Positions 35,743 through 49,273 of a stretch of DNA of 64,000 nucleotides are shown in pieces. Position 1 is the first letter of the stretch, and each line of letters begins with the position of its first letter. Source of the stretch: Octopus bimaculoides (lineage: Eukaryota); NCBI RefSeq assembly GCF_001194135.2, contig NC_068981.1:76919990-76983989 (forward strand), given 5' to 3'. Both the position numbers and the translations under genes were made by a program. A model generated the notes under the pieces. The model did not search any database, was not told where the DNA came from, and saw only the letters and a program-made list of their open reading frames with translations.

Positions 35743-35820
<78 letters not shown>
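35162..35820 (+). mobile_element. R4/Dong-type LINE 3' end (REL nuclease and tail) flanked by (AAT)n
   Basis: HKPEGIVENRNVKFVWDFMIQCDHDIEKRKSNIVLIEKENKLC*IIDIA ... VEHLQETALLGTAQILRKVLEK*, short 3' UTR, then (AAT)n at 35743-35820; (AAT)n also precedes it at about 35120-35160. Confidence 0.8.
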
Positions 35821-35822
<2 letters not shown>

Positions 35823-35845
35823 CAATAAATTGATTAATTAATGAT

Positions 35846-38353
35846 ATGTCTAGTGATGGTGTCACAATAAAAACACTGGCAATTGCGCAACCTGATAATG
35901 GCTGCAGCATATGTGTGACACTGAGTAAACAAAGTATTGTGAATAACGGTGCTAATGAAACTGAATCCATTGATGGTGACAGTGTTGCACCCAGTAGGCT
36001 CAGAGATTCTGGTTCGGCTTCAGCCTGTCCATATCCAGAAAGGGACCACCACACGCGTCATAGATGGAGCAAGCAAATTAATGCTGTGGCCATGGAGTGT
36101 TACTACCTGAGCAACCCGGTAGATGAAAATGGTGCACAAATTAGGGGTTACCGACAACATATGTATGATCATTGGAGGGAAAAGGGATTGTTTCAACTCA
36201 CGGAACAGAGACTATGAGATCAAGCTAGAGCAATAAGTAAAAGTCGTTGTTTCACAGAAGTAGAGCTCGAAGATATCAAAAGATGTGCCTTGGAAAATAG
36301 CAGCAGAGATAACGATGAAAATACAGTTCTTAGTAATAAGAGTAATCTCATAGCACAGGTAAGGAGCAGTGGTAGTTTACTTGATGAGAGACATATAGAT
36401 GATCTAAAAGAAGACAATAAAACTATTGGTGACATGAGAGATGAACAAAAAGCAATCAACGACAGAATAAGTCAAGACAACAAGAGAATGATAGCGACAT
36501 TATTTGCAAACTTAAAAATGTTGATCGGTGGAAATTGAACCAAGAAACGAAAAATGTCAATGACATTCTGAAATGCATCAGAGCAAACAACATCACAGAA
36601 ACAAATAATTTGATCAAGGCAGCAAGTATTGTTGTAGCAGAAAATGTTAGTGTTCATGTCAAGAAAAAGAAATATAATGGGAGTGACAAAAGAAAAGATT
36701 CATGGTGGAAAAGAATAATACAGAAAGGGTTAGATATGCTCTCGAAGGAAATTTCTGTGTTACACCGAAAAGAGAAAGGAGTGCTTAAAAGCGAACAAAA
36801 ATACAGGGTCCTGATAAGGAAGAATAATATTGAAAGAAAGGGCCTGAAAGTGGTAATGGAAAAACTGAAACAGCAACTCGTTACACTGAAAGCAAGGATG
36901 GTAAGATAAGACCAAAGACTGAAGGGTTATTCAAAGTAGATCAGCAGAGATTCTATAAAGAAATAAATGGAGAGTGTACAGATGAAAAGTTGATACAAGA
37001 TAACAATGAAAGCCAAAGGTTTTAGAGTGACATCTGGAGCAAAGACAAGGAGCACAAGAAGGATGTTGAATGGTTGCAAGAACTGAAACAAACAGTAGTC
37101 TGTCCAAAACAGGCAGAACTAGTAATTTCAGTTAGGGAAGTGAAGGAAATAAAAAAAAATGGGCAACTGGAAAGCACCGGGAGCAGATGGAGTTCAAGGC
37201 TACTGGATCAAAAGAGTTGGGAAAACATCTGGGGGAAAAAATCGAGTCCTGCCGCATGAGCAGAAGGGTTGCAAGTGTAAGTGCAGAGGTACTAAGAATC
37301 ACCTCCTGGTAGACAAAACTTAGAAGAAGAAGAAGAAGAAGAAGAAGAAGAAGAAGAAGAAGAAGAAGAAGAAGAAGAAGAAGAAGAAGAAGAAGAAGAA
37401 GAAGAAGAAGAAGAAGAAGAAGAAGAAGAAGAAGAAACAACAAAAGCTATAAAACAAATGAAATCCAAACTAAAACAAGAACAGCAACGGTCCATGATAA
37501 ACGATGGCATAAGAAAAGCCCCTTCATGGCAAATACTGGGCTAAACTATATGTAAAAGAAATAGACAGAGAAAAATCCCAGCAATGGTTGAGAAGCTCAG
37601 GACTCAAAGCAGAGACTGAAGGTTTTTTAATTACAGCCTCCCCATCAAAAATTACCAAAAACATATAATGAAAAGAAACATAACAAATAACTGCAGAATA
37701 TGTGGTGATGGACAAGAAACAATAAACCATATGATCTCTGTCTGACCAGTCCTGGCCAAGAAGAAATATATTCACAGACACGACAGAGCTGGGACTTACA
37801 TACACTGGAAGCTATGCCAACACTATAGAATAACAGCAGAAAAAAGATGGTATAGGCACACGCCAGAAAAGGTCACAGAAAACGAGAAGGCAACCATACT
37901 CTGGGATATGCCAATGCACCCAGATAGAGAAATTAAGGCCAATAAGCCAGATATAGTTGTCAGAGATCATGAAGAAGAAAATGCTTCCTAATTGATGTAC
38001 CAATACCAGCATATGACAACATTTCTCTAAAAGAAATAGAGAAACTTTCAAAATACAAAGACTTGGAAATAGAGGTAACTCGAATGTGTATTCTTAAAAC
38101 AGAAACAATTCCTATCATAGTAGGCGCATTAGGTATGATAAAAAATATTCAGACAAGTATATAACAAAAACACCAAAACTTACAAGCATATATAATATAC
38201 AGAAAATTTCACTACTGGGCCCTGCTCACATCTTACGCAAAACACTTTCAATACAGTAACCATAAGAGCATCACAGCAAACCACAGCACATACCCAAGGC
38301 ACACAGAGCTGCGCTCGGTAGTGAAGGGAAAGCACGCTACAAAAATAAAACAA

Positions 38354-38402
<49 letters not shown>
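35846..38402 (+). mobile_element. R4/Dong-type LINE, long decayed copy lacking most of the RT core
   Basis: N-terminal RWSKQIN..AMECYY..GYRQHMYDHWREKGLFQLTEQRL; NNITETNNLIKAAS..DSWWKR; NWKAPGADG and RGTKNHLLVDK (early RT); (GAA)n; then GLKAETEGF, CRICGDGQETINHMIS, RHDR, LWDMPMHPDREIKANKPDIVV (REL), IIVGALG; 3' UTR and (AAT)n tail at 38357-38402. Confidence 0.85.
37322..37436. repeat. (GAA)n microsatellite
   Basis: Direct long run inside the LINE. Confidence 0.95.
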
Positions 38403-38403
<1 letters not shown>

Positions 38404-38904
38404 CACAAGCACAATGATGCAGATCAAGGCACCATTGGTGGTAACTAACAATGAGCAATGCTGTACTAAAAAGGTTATAATAACTGTAAAGGTATTAATG
38501 GCGTTAGTAACTTTATAGTAACTGTAACAGTATTAATGACGATAGTAGCAGAGACAACAACTGTCCCTACATCTGCCACAATACAGAGCTCAATACTAAA
38601 AATTTTAATGTAACACAAATATGTCTTATGAAACAAAAAGGAAAGCTACAACAGTACACCAAATCGCTTGTCCTATGGTTAATATGGGTTACACCAAATA
38701 TTCTGCTACATAACACAGATTTGCTTGTCACTTGTTTGACTTTAACCAGTTCAGCATGTCCCTTAGTGGCTGACGATATGTGCATCTCTGATCAAGAGCA
38801 GAAGTAGTGGGGAGTATCATAGCCATGCGTTGAGAGGAATTCTTTGGCGTTTGGAAAATTCACCTCTGGAAACATGGGTGTTTCGCTCAACATCCTTAAA
38901 CAAC

Positions 38905-39225
38905 CCTTATGATAGTGCCTAACATATCCGGTATTACAATATTAGACAAGGAAAATCGAGTTTGCTTGATGATTGACTCATTACGTCCATTTGAATCCCA
39001 GATTGTTAAGAAATCAGATGAAAAGTTGAAACAATACAATTCCTTAACATCTGAGATTACGAGGATTTGGAACATGAAATCTGTAAAGTTTGTATCTGTG
39101 GTAATTTGTGCATTAAGGGCCGTGAGTGATGACGTAGACAAAAGGGTAAATGAGATTTCAATGGAGTATCCTCTCGAGCTTCTACAGACACTTTGCATCT
39201 TAGGAACAGGAAAGTTCATCTGAAA
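38905..39225 (+). mobile_element. R4/Dong-type REL endonuclease fragment
   Basis: PNISGITILDKENRVCLMIDSLRPFESQIVKKSDEKLKQYNSLTSEITRIWNMKSVKFVSVVICAL resembles PDI..D..C.IID..P.D..KE.EK..KY..L..EI.R.W...VVPVVIGALG. Confidence 0.7.
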
Positions 39226-41511
39226 GAGTTTGAGCACTTGATAACTTATTGAAATAGGATTGTATAAAATACGGTAATAACTACGAAGGAGTTTTGTATT
39301 TAAAACTTGTGTCTTATTTTTTGCTTAAAAAAAAAACCAAACGTACTTTTTGGTTAACCCAATTCAAAGCGTAGTCTAAATTGTCAAAAGCTTTGAGGAG
39401 TAGGAGGAAAACTACAGAAATAGTGATAAATTTGAAACGTAAGTTCAAAAGAGGTCAGGTTGCAAAATGCTATGCTAAAAGTGTGCCAAGAAAAGACTTA
39501 GATGGTGAATAAACTGAAAATGAAAAAGAAGAGAAACAGAAAACGGGAAATCACAGCATTGACTGATAAGATGAAAGCTTTCAGAAGAACATATTAAGTA
39601 AATGTAGACCATATCGAAGTTGGGATGAAAAAATTAACCATATTGTCTCTAGGCCCCCTTATATACAAGAGTGAGGAAATTTATAAGTATGATTGAATTA
39701 GAGCTCCAAAACACTGGAAATTCTATTATAATATTTGCAGAAATATTTCCCCACAAAAAATTCAGAAAATGACTAATTGGCCACAGATCGAGATATTCCA
39801 GTCGCAGACGGAGAGATACAGGCTAACTTCACGGATATTTTTCAGAAATAATAAGAATGAAAGAAGCACCAGTACCAGTTCCAACATAAAGTAAAGTGTT
39901 CTTAATACAAATAAACTACAACGTCGAGCCTGAAAATACACGCAATCCCTCTAATTAAAAATGATTTGTAGAACATTAAAGAAAAATTATTTTTATACAT
40001 AGATAAATAAGCTACAATCAGGACTCAAAAATGCATTCAGTATATTAAAATAGCACTACAAGGCACTGAGCGCATATTACCTAAATACTGCAGTCGTAAA
40101 ACCAACTGTAAACCCATGACTAAAAAATCACTATACTTGCCTAAGGCACCCTCAGCTACATTCAGTAGTGCTGTGTTTTGTGAAAAATAGTAGTAATGGA
40201 TTTTGTCCAATTATTTATATGTTCTGACTTTCATCATTGTATTTCCGGCTAATTAGATATATACGATACCCTATCTAGTAGCAATACACAGTAACCACAG
40301 GAGGAATGCGAACTGCCAATTTATCAATCTACATTCCAAACGAAATTTTGATAGTTCTCTTATTTTTGATAAGTTTGTTCTCATAAGTCTTTACAGACTG
40401 GAATATTTTGCAAGGGTGTTATAATATTAATAAGTATAACTGGCTAAGAGAGTTGATATCTGTCACTTCCATTCGTCTTCCTGTTTTGGAACAGACAGAA
40501 AATACTTTTCCTTTTCACTTTTATGATGTCTTGAGTATTGTAATGCCATAAGAAGCAAAATATACTATTACGAGAAAAAGTAACCTGATTCAATCCAAAA
40601 ATATATCCCTATAATCCAATCTTATATGTGAATAGAATATGAATACGTGTAGAAAATATGATACGATTTGCTAAAAATATGTATACAGAGTGTTTTACTG
40701 GACTTTTCCATTACATTTAAACACACAACATAGAATGCCAAAGCTAAATGCTGTAGATTTTTATCATTTCACTGCCCCTAATGTTAATGCGAAAATATTG
40801 TCAGATTTGTGAAATGCTTCTATATTTGCGTACATTTGGTAAATGTTCAGAATCATATTAACTGTTTTTTCGTTTACTGCATATGTGCTATTAATACAAC
40901 TTGCTAGTTTAGCTAGAACTAGTATAGAGTGTGATAGATGGAATGAAGAATGCTAAATAAGCTTAAATATTTGTTTCATAACATATTTATCATGGAATGT
41001 TTGGTTGTATCATTTTACTCTTTCTTTTCTCCATATATGCAAAGAGCAAAAGAAAAATAAATAAAATTACAAAGAAAAGAAAGGAGGAATTAAACAACTT
41101 TGTGTACCTTTTTTCCCCAGTCATATAAATCATCTAAAAACAAAGCCTGTTTACACAATTTAATATTTAAACATATGCAAAGTGCTCACATTTTCTATAT
41201 ATCAATTTCGGAAGCTTCAGCAATACACGTTAGTAACGAGAGATATATGTTGCACTTCTGGGTAAAGTTAAACCGGTCAGTATTAAAATGCCTGGTTATG
41301 AAAAAATATTTATGCGTGAATAAATGATATTGATATCTAAATTTGGACAAGAACGCAGATTAGAGTAGAGTGATATCGCTTCTGCAGAATATTAAATTGA
41401 ATTCAGTACTCGACTGCTAATCATTTTCTTTACCATGTGATATGTAACGAAAAATCAGTTTGAAAGAGATTTGTAGTCAAAATGTAAAGGGACACAGGTG
41501 AATAACGATTT

Positions 41512-41713
41512 CAAATTTTGGCACAACGATAGAGACTTCGGAAGAGGTGGAAAAGCGATTAGATTGACTCCAGTGATCAACTTGTACTTTTTATCGACCC
41601 CGAAATTATGTAAAGCAAAGTCGACCACTGTGTAATTCGATTTGAACGTAAAGACGGACTAATTGCCGCTAAGCATTTCGCTCGGCACGGTAACGACTCT
41701 GCCAGCTCGCCGT
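41512..41713 (-). mobile_element. tRNA-derived SINE, family A
   Basis: Reverse complement begins gacggcgagctggcagagtcgttaccgtgccgagcgaaatgcttagcggc and continues with the family-A body. Confidence 0.8.
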
Positions 41714-42174
41714 CTTAAGATATGTATTAGATTCAGTAAAGCTACCGTTCATTGTGAATACTTATTCACTAATACAGACGGTAAGTTTGTTTCTAATCTA
41801 GGCACAAGTCTAGTTTATTTTCAGGAGAGATTCAGCTAGTATCATCATTTTATCGATCCTGAAATGCAAAGTTCAACGCGACTATAGAAAAATGAAGTGA
41901 ATAATATTTTTATTTCATGTTGATAAGGAACGTTACAGAATATTGAAGTAAAGTACTCGCTCTTTGGCATGGTAGCGCAATTTGAATCAAAGCAAGTAAA
42001 TCACCCATGACGTTCTTAAAAAAAATAAAGGAAGAATTAATAATGCATCGTATACCTAGACCGACAATCCATGAACAAAGTTGACATCGCTACGACTAAA
42101 TTTCGTTAACTAGTCTTGTCGTCAGGACTGCCAAGTCTCTAAGCAACACGGACATCAATGTTATTACGAAGTAA

Positions 42175-42376
42175 AAGGTGGCGAGCTGGCAGAATCGTCA
42201 ATGCAACTGACAAAATGCCCTAACGGCATTTCGTCCGTCTTTGCGTTCTGGGTTCAAATTCCACCGAAATCGACTTTATGTTTCATCCTTTAGGTACCGA
42301 TGAAATAAGTATCAGTTGATCACTAGGATCGATGTAATCGACTTAACACACCCCCAAAATTGCTGGTCCTGTACCA
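42175..42376 (+). mobile_element. tRNA-derived SINE, family A
   Basis: ggtggcgagctggcagaatcg (A-box-like) ... gggttcaaattcc (B-box-like) ... gatcgatgtaatcgactt...gctggtcctgtacca. Confidence 0.8.
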
Positions 42377-42421
42377 GGAGAACATCTTTGTTGTATACAG
42401 TTACATATATTTCTGTTATGA

Positions 42422-42455
<34 letters not shown>

Positions 42456-42508
42456 NNNNNNNNNNNNNNNNNNNNNNNNNNNNNNNNNNNNNNNNNNNNN
42501 NNNNNNNN

Positions 42509-42550
<42 letters not shown>

Positions 42551-42739
42551 ATTCGCTAAAGGCGATTTTAGTTAATATCCTTCTGGATTCAATAAGATAG
42601 GGTGTTCGGTCTAAATTTGACGAGTTTTATGTCTCAATTCTCAGGATCATTTTGTTTTGTTGGTGAACAGCGAACGCCGTTAGAGAGCATAATGGTTAAA
42701 GTTACAATTGAGAAAAATTTAGCTGATATGGAGGACTGA

Positions 42740-43010
42740 AAGCCATTTGAGTATTGGAAAAGAGTTATCTGTATCCCGAGGTATTATAATGCCAATACCA
42801 TGTTTACTGCTAAATGCGCTGTGGACACTGTAAAGGCAGTAAGGAGTGACATGGACAGCTGTAACAGAGACTACGAAGCCATGGTAGTCAGGAAGGGATA
42901 CAACAGGTATTCTGAGTGTGTCCACATGCCGGTATGCAAACAGCAACTACAAGGAAGGGCCTCAGGCTCAATTCAGATGATTATATGAAGCTGCTGGAGA
43001 CTGTAGTATA
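42740..43010 (+). mobile_element. Decayed Tc1/mariner (maT/DD37D-like) transposase fragment
   Basis: 42952-43008 translates RKGLRLNSDDYMKLLETVV, which I recognise as the GLRLNS..Y..LL.TVV stretch preceding the second catalytic Asp of such transposases. No TIRs or triad seen. Confidence 0.35.
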
Positions 43011-45923
43011 CCTCGCATCGTCATATTTCTTGGTACTATTTTAATTCTCAGATGAAACAAACTCTCTTGTCTAATAGCACTAATGTCTCTAAGACAGGTA
43101 TGGTTGATATATTTCTTTTTACCCTCATTGGACAAGACGAAACGAATATTTTTCGGAAATTCATTTTAAAAAGGCATAAAATCTGGGCAAACTGAACAAA
43201 TGAAATAGTTCTATCTGTATGGCTGAATGTCGTGCGTGTCATACACAAGTTGTATTGTAATCTCTTAGAAATAAATACAGTCGATGGGCTCTGAGGTTTC
43301 TTCTGACTAGATTTATTGCTAGGTTGATTCAATTAACCTTTGCTTTCTCGTATGTACTCACAGGCAATGAGAATTTATGGAGTTTTTCTCTTAATCTAAC
43401 TATTTTGTTTGCCGAATACAGCCAGGGTTAAATCGCCTATGTAACTGTAGCTTCAATCTTGCCTTCCCTAGAGGCATGTTCCAAAAGATGTTAAGTGGTG
43501 CTTCCTTGCTTATGGTCTCTAGCACGTTGGGCATTGAGATCGAAATTCTAAATCACCGTGATATTGTTACATAGCCATAGACCATACGTTGGTTATGTCT
43601 GTCATTCTAACAGGTGTTGTTTTGTTTCCGTTGAGTTTTCTTGCAAACTTCTTCCTTAAACACGCCTTATGGGAAGTCGGTTTAGTCACCGGTGAGCTGA
43701 CCAGGCTTCATTCTACTAGTAGCGCCAATTAGCAACCTAACATACTAAACGAACTAGAAACCAATCAATTTCAATTAACATCATCATCTGGTTGGACTTA
43801 TTATTGGCTCAGCTCCGTCATATTTTCCATCATGATCACCTGCTTAGATTTCAGATTTCATTTCACATACACTCCTATAACCCCGGTGAAGGAAAAAATC
43901 TCTTTCGCATTTTAATGATATCAGTTGTAGTCATATTCATACGTAAGAAATTAATGTTAAAATGCCAAAATTAATTTCTAACTCAATTAAAAAGTTATAT
44001 TGTTTACTCTATCAAGGAATAGACCATGTATTGATTGTGACAACTGATGATTCCAGTTGTTCATTCAACTATTTTAAGGGTCTGGGATACTTCTCTCCCT
44101 AAGTTAATCATCCTTCAATATAACCACTACTTACTAAATGCCCTGCTGTATTAGAGTTATAGGTCATCCGATGAGCTTACACGAGGATTTCCTCATATTA
44201 AACCAGAAAAAAAATTCATCCAAATAACATGCTCCAGAACCGAAACTGAACCTCAAGGTTGCAAAATAACTCCTAAAGCATTCAACAATTCCTGGAGCCG
44301 CATGAATCCTTATATATTGGAGTGCACAGTGTAAACAGACAATGTAATCAGATGTAAGTTACAAAAGAAACATTTGATATGTTGATTACACCCTGGCATT
44401 TGACCGACTACCATAGGTCTGCTCGATCAACATTAACCTCGTTTGTATGAAACAGCAGAAAAAACATTAAAGATAACGTCAACAAAAGTTGCATATCATT
44501 TGCAGCATTAACCAAAGCAAGTAACTGTTCGACTTCTTTTTCCAGCATATTTTCTATCGATTTCCTATTAGGCGTGATATTCATGAGTATATACGCATGT
44601 ATCCTCTTATTACGTTGAATATCTTCTACTTATCTCTAACTACCTAATTCTTAAACTCATTATGTTCAAGAGAACCTTCTTCATTTACATGATGCTATAG
44701 GATGCTTCAAAATCCATTCTATGTTTTGTATTATTTGCCATATCTTCTTATACATAATCGGATAGTTACAAGAGATAAAATTTTAGATATACATCTACCT
44801 GAAAGCATCTTAGTGCCATTGTTGGTGATTAGCCCTACGTTAACTCTGCCGAGAAGACCTGAAGTCAAAGAGTTACTAACTATTAGACCTGCGTTCAATG
44901 AGTTTCTAACTATAGAGGTCCCATTGTAATTTTGAAACATAATGTATCCTGATCCACAATATTTAACTTGTCCTTCCTTCCTTCCTTCCTTCCTTCCTTC
45001 CTTCCCTCCCTCCTGCCTGCCTGCCTGTCTGCCTGCCTTCCTTCGTTTCTTCTCACGGTGTTATTGGAGGAAGAGGTTTTGACTGCTATTTATAACAGGT
45101 CGAGCTACCGCGTACGTTGTTTCTCGTTTGCCCGGCCACCATTTGGTTTGGTACACCCATTCTTCAATTACTCATATGAAATCTACGAATATCATTAGAA
45201 TGTTTGTTTACGTAGTTCTCAAAAGACTTTACATGATGTTCACATACACTATGCACAAGAGAGAAGTAGCTAATCAGCTCAAATAGTTCCTTATGAAAAT
45301 TAATCAGTGTATAAAACCTTATGAGAGAAGAAAATAAACAAGTAAATTCATTAGATATCAAAAACTTAGTCTTTTGAAAATACGTTATATGAAAATATAG
45401 AAGGGGCATAAAACATTTCAAAACTTTAGAATCTAACATAGATATCAAAGCAAAAAGAAAATTGTATATATTTTACATACAAAGCGTATAAGGAAGTTAT
45501 ATGCGAAATTCAGGAAGAAAAAAACGAGAGATCTGTATGGTACTGTAGACTGGAGGTATAATAATCTAAGAACATTAGAAAGCTATATCGAACGGAAACT
45601 TTCATCAATAATCTCCCAATATTTGCTTGATAAACATGACGGATCAATCGATAACCGCGGCATAGAAATCCCATTAACTACGGTATAGAAGTCCCACTAA
45701 CACATTCGAAAGTGCCAGTGGTATGAATATCAGCTTTAAGAAGTGTATGTAAGCATCAATCGTATTTCCATTGGGCCGAACCAACACATCATACACTAAT
45801 ATTATAACACTAATGTATTTCTATATATGATATACTTATTGCTGATCAAGCAATGCTCCAGCTTTAACTCTTGTGTCGTAGAGATAGTCTCACGTATCCA
45901 CAATAACAATAGTGTTATCTTCA

Positions 45924-46129
45924 TTGACCTTTTAGCATTCAGATTACTCTATAAAATGTAAAGCTTTTTTATTCACATTGTAGTGTGAACTTTTGACGAG
46001 GTAACTTTATTTTTAGAATGATATTGTAGGGTTGGTGTGAAGGGCCAGATTACAGATTAGGCCACTGTGGACATCAAACATGTAGAATATATTCGCTACA
46101 TATGGCCGGTTTAAATGCTAAAGAATTAA
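45924..46129. mobile_element. Short MITE with piggyBac-like ends
   Basis: Left ttga-cctttagcatt and right aatgctaaagaa-ttaa: degenerate inverted termini with TTAA-like flanks. Confidence 0.45.
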
Positions 46130-46202
46130 GGATATATTATATTTTCAACTTATTTATTACTAATTAAACAGTATTAGATAATAGTTCCATAAAAATGAGG
46201 AC

Positions 46203-46243
<41 letters not shown>

Positions 46244-46248
46244 GAGAG

Positions 46249-46291
<43 letters not shown>

Positions 46292-46692
46292 AGGGAGATA
46301 GATAGACAGAAATATAGATATACACACACACAAAGAGGCAGCTAAATAGATAAAGGTATCGGTACCCTATATGTCGTCTTTTCTGTTGTATCCCTTAATT
46401 CCTTGGTCCTATTTGATAGAGCATATTATCCGAAACGTTAGATTATATTATATGTCTTACTTTATGTACACTTGTTTGATATCATTGCGTTTCTACAATG
46501 GTTTCAACCACGAACTTTCGTTTGTCTCACTCTTTACTTCATAATCTAACTCGTGTTATTTGCGTGACTTATCTCTTTCTTTCTCAAATACACAGACACA
46601 TACACAAACGCGCACACACACTCTCTCCCTTTGTGTATGTATGAATATAACGTATGTATGTATGAATGTTTGTATATATATATATATATATA

Positions 46693-46843
46693 TTGTTTCA
46701 GTCATTAAACGGAGGTCATGCTGGGACACCACCTTGAAAAACTTTTAGTCGAACATATCGGTCTCTTTTTGCCGAACACCTAAATTATAAAGGCGTAAAC
46801 GCACCAGCATCGGTTGTCAAGCGGTGCTGTGGAGACAAACACA
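46693..46843 (-). mobile_element. SINE family B, 3' half
   Basis: Reverse complement matches 58340-58530 (cgcttgacaaccga.gctggtg.gtttacg...gttcggcaaaa.agaccgat) with an internal deletion. Confidence 0.7.
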
Positions 46844-46949
46844 GATGCAAAGACACACACACTATGCATGTATGTATGTATGTATATATGGAAGTATGTA
46901 TGTATGTATGTATGTATGTATGTATGTATGTATGTCATTATTCTGTTCT

Positions 46950-47070
46950 ATTTCAATATTTCTTACCAGTATAAAGAGGGCCGGTTACTAACCTAGATCC
47001 AAGGCTCCTTCATTGGGATTTTAACAACATCAACATGGTATTTTTTTATGTATGTATGTATGTATGTATT
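46950..47070 (-). mobile_element. Very short 3'-end copy of the LINE family at 3700-4985
   Basis: aatatttcttaccagtataaag...aacctagatcc...ccttcattgggattttaacaacatcaaca matches 3701-3770. Confidence 0.55.
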
Positions 47071-48169
47071 CGCTATCCTGAGATCTTGGATTTTATCCGA
47101 CTTCAAGGGACATTGGTCAAGTATAGTTTTCTGCTGACTCGATTTGACCAGCACCTTTTGAGTGAATAAAGATAAACAGACACTAAAGAAAATCCTGTAC
47201 TATGAGCTCAAACTGTGACTGAAAGTTAACGTCTTGTCGCACACTCTGACACACTGATGCTGTTTAGGAATAGCGTTAATGGTGTCTGGAATAACGAACG
47301 CCTTATGCTCCTATACGATGAACTAGAAATTCAGATAATCGAACGGCTGCTTAATTATCAATGAAACCGACGACAATCCATGCACACACATGCATATAAA
47401 TTTATATATTTATGTATATACATCTAGCGAGATAAACAGAGAGAGAGAGGGGGTGGAAGATTGAGAGTGAAATAATAAGCTGTATATACATTTGCAAGTT
47501 GAAAATGAGATACGCAGAACCTCATAATTCCTATTTATATGCGCGCGCGCATATATATATATATATATATANNNNNNNNNNNNNNNNNNNNNNNNNNNNN
47601 NNNNNNNNNNNNNNNNNNNNNNNNNNNNNNNNNNNNNNNNNNNNNNNNNNNNNNNNNNNNNNNNNNNNNNNNNNNNNNNNNNNNNNNNNNNNNNNNNNNN
47701 NNNNNNNNNNNNNNNNNNNNNNNNNNNNNNNNNNNNNNNNNNNNNNNNNNNNNNNNNNNNNNNNNNNNNNNNNNNNNNNNNNNNNNNNNNNNNNNNNNNN
47801 NNNNNNNNNNNNNNNNNNNNNNNNNNNNNNNNNNNNNNNNNNNNNNNNNNNNNNNNNNNNNNNNNNNNNNNNNNNNNNNNNNNNNNNNNNNNNNNNNNNN
47901 NNNNNNNNNNNNNNNNNNNNNNNNNNNNNNNNNNNNNNNNNNNNNNNNNNNNNNNNNNNNNNNNNNNNNNNNNNNNNNNNNNNNNNNNNNNNNNNNNNNN
48001 NNNNNNNNNNNNNNNNNNNNNNNNNNNNNNNNNNNNNNNNNNNNNNNNNNNNNNNNNNNNNNNNNNNNNNNNNNNNNNNNNNNNNNNNNNNNNNNNNNNN
48101 NNNNNNNNNNNNNNNNNNNNNNNNNNNNNNNNNNNNNNNNNNNNNNNNNNNNNNNNNNNNNNNTATATA

Positions 48170-48840
48170 TATATATATGCCGCCTACCACAGTACTCTCA
48201 ATACACACACAGCCCAAACATCTTCCCATTCCACACACACACTAGCACCCACATCACACTGACAATATATGTACACACTCACACGCAAGACGCATAAGCA
48301 CACGCAAGACGCATAGACACAGACAACTTCTCCTCACAAACATACACTATACACATGCACACTATATGGTGACAGTAACACACACCACCTGAACAATCAC
48401 ATAGGGTTTGCATACGCCCAAACACGCACACACAAGCACACACACATACACACACACGTTAGCTTCACACATATACACACGTTCATACGCATACTCACAC
48501 GCATACACACGTTCATACGTATGTGCGCACACACAAATGCACAAGTGCCACATCACTCCACACTGTACATACACTAGGTTATTTGCACACATACACACCC
48601 AGGCCAATGTGTTTGCACACATACAGGATAACCGCAAACATATGTACACACGTCCATATATGCACACAAACATACATACCAGCACATATATATTGCATAT
48701 CATTCCAGATAATGTACGCACTGGGTCACTTACAAAAAGATCCACATATTTTTTAGCTCGTACCCACACATACATACTAGCACACTCACTCCCATTCATA
48801 CATACACACTCACACACCATTATCACATACACACGCGCGT
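48170..48840. repeat. Degenerate CA-rich low-complexity tract
   Basis: Imperfect (CA)/(CACATA)-type repeats; source of the H/T- and C/V-rich ORFs. Confidence 0.85.
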
Positions 48841-49273
48841 CATTATCTCCCTTTCATTCAGCCTTCTTCTGGCTATTTCGTCATGTTGAACCGTTAACCC
48901 CTACAAAAAAAAACATTTACCCTCTCCGTTTGTTTTCTTTCTCTCTCCTTTTTTGGTTTCGTCTCTATCCTTTTTGTCGAAGTGCGCATTTTCCATTCTT
49001 CCCGAGCGTTAAACTAATACACGTGCTTGTTGTTCCTACATCTGCCTTCATCTTTTCTTTTCTGTAAATTTGAAAAACTATATCTATGTATATATATATA
49101 CAAAAATAAGAGGAATGACCAGCAAAAGTGGACTCCTATATGCTAGAAATAGATGCCGAATCATCTAACCACGAAAAAAATATATATATGTTCTCAGTAA
49201 AAATTCAGTGACACAACAGACTGTAAAAGGGCAAGACAAATGAAAAAATACTAAATAAAAAAAAACGATTAAC

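Noticed and set aside
44800-44950. Minus-strand open frame with a 30-bp tandem duplication (44855-44914) and possible splice sites
   Set aside because: Acceptor lacks a pyrimidine tract, the duplication is only 24/30 identical, and there is no recognisable domain.
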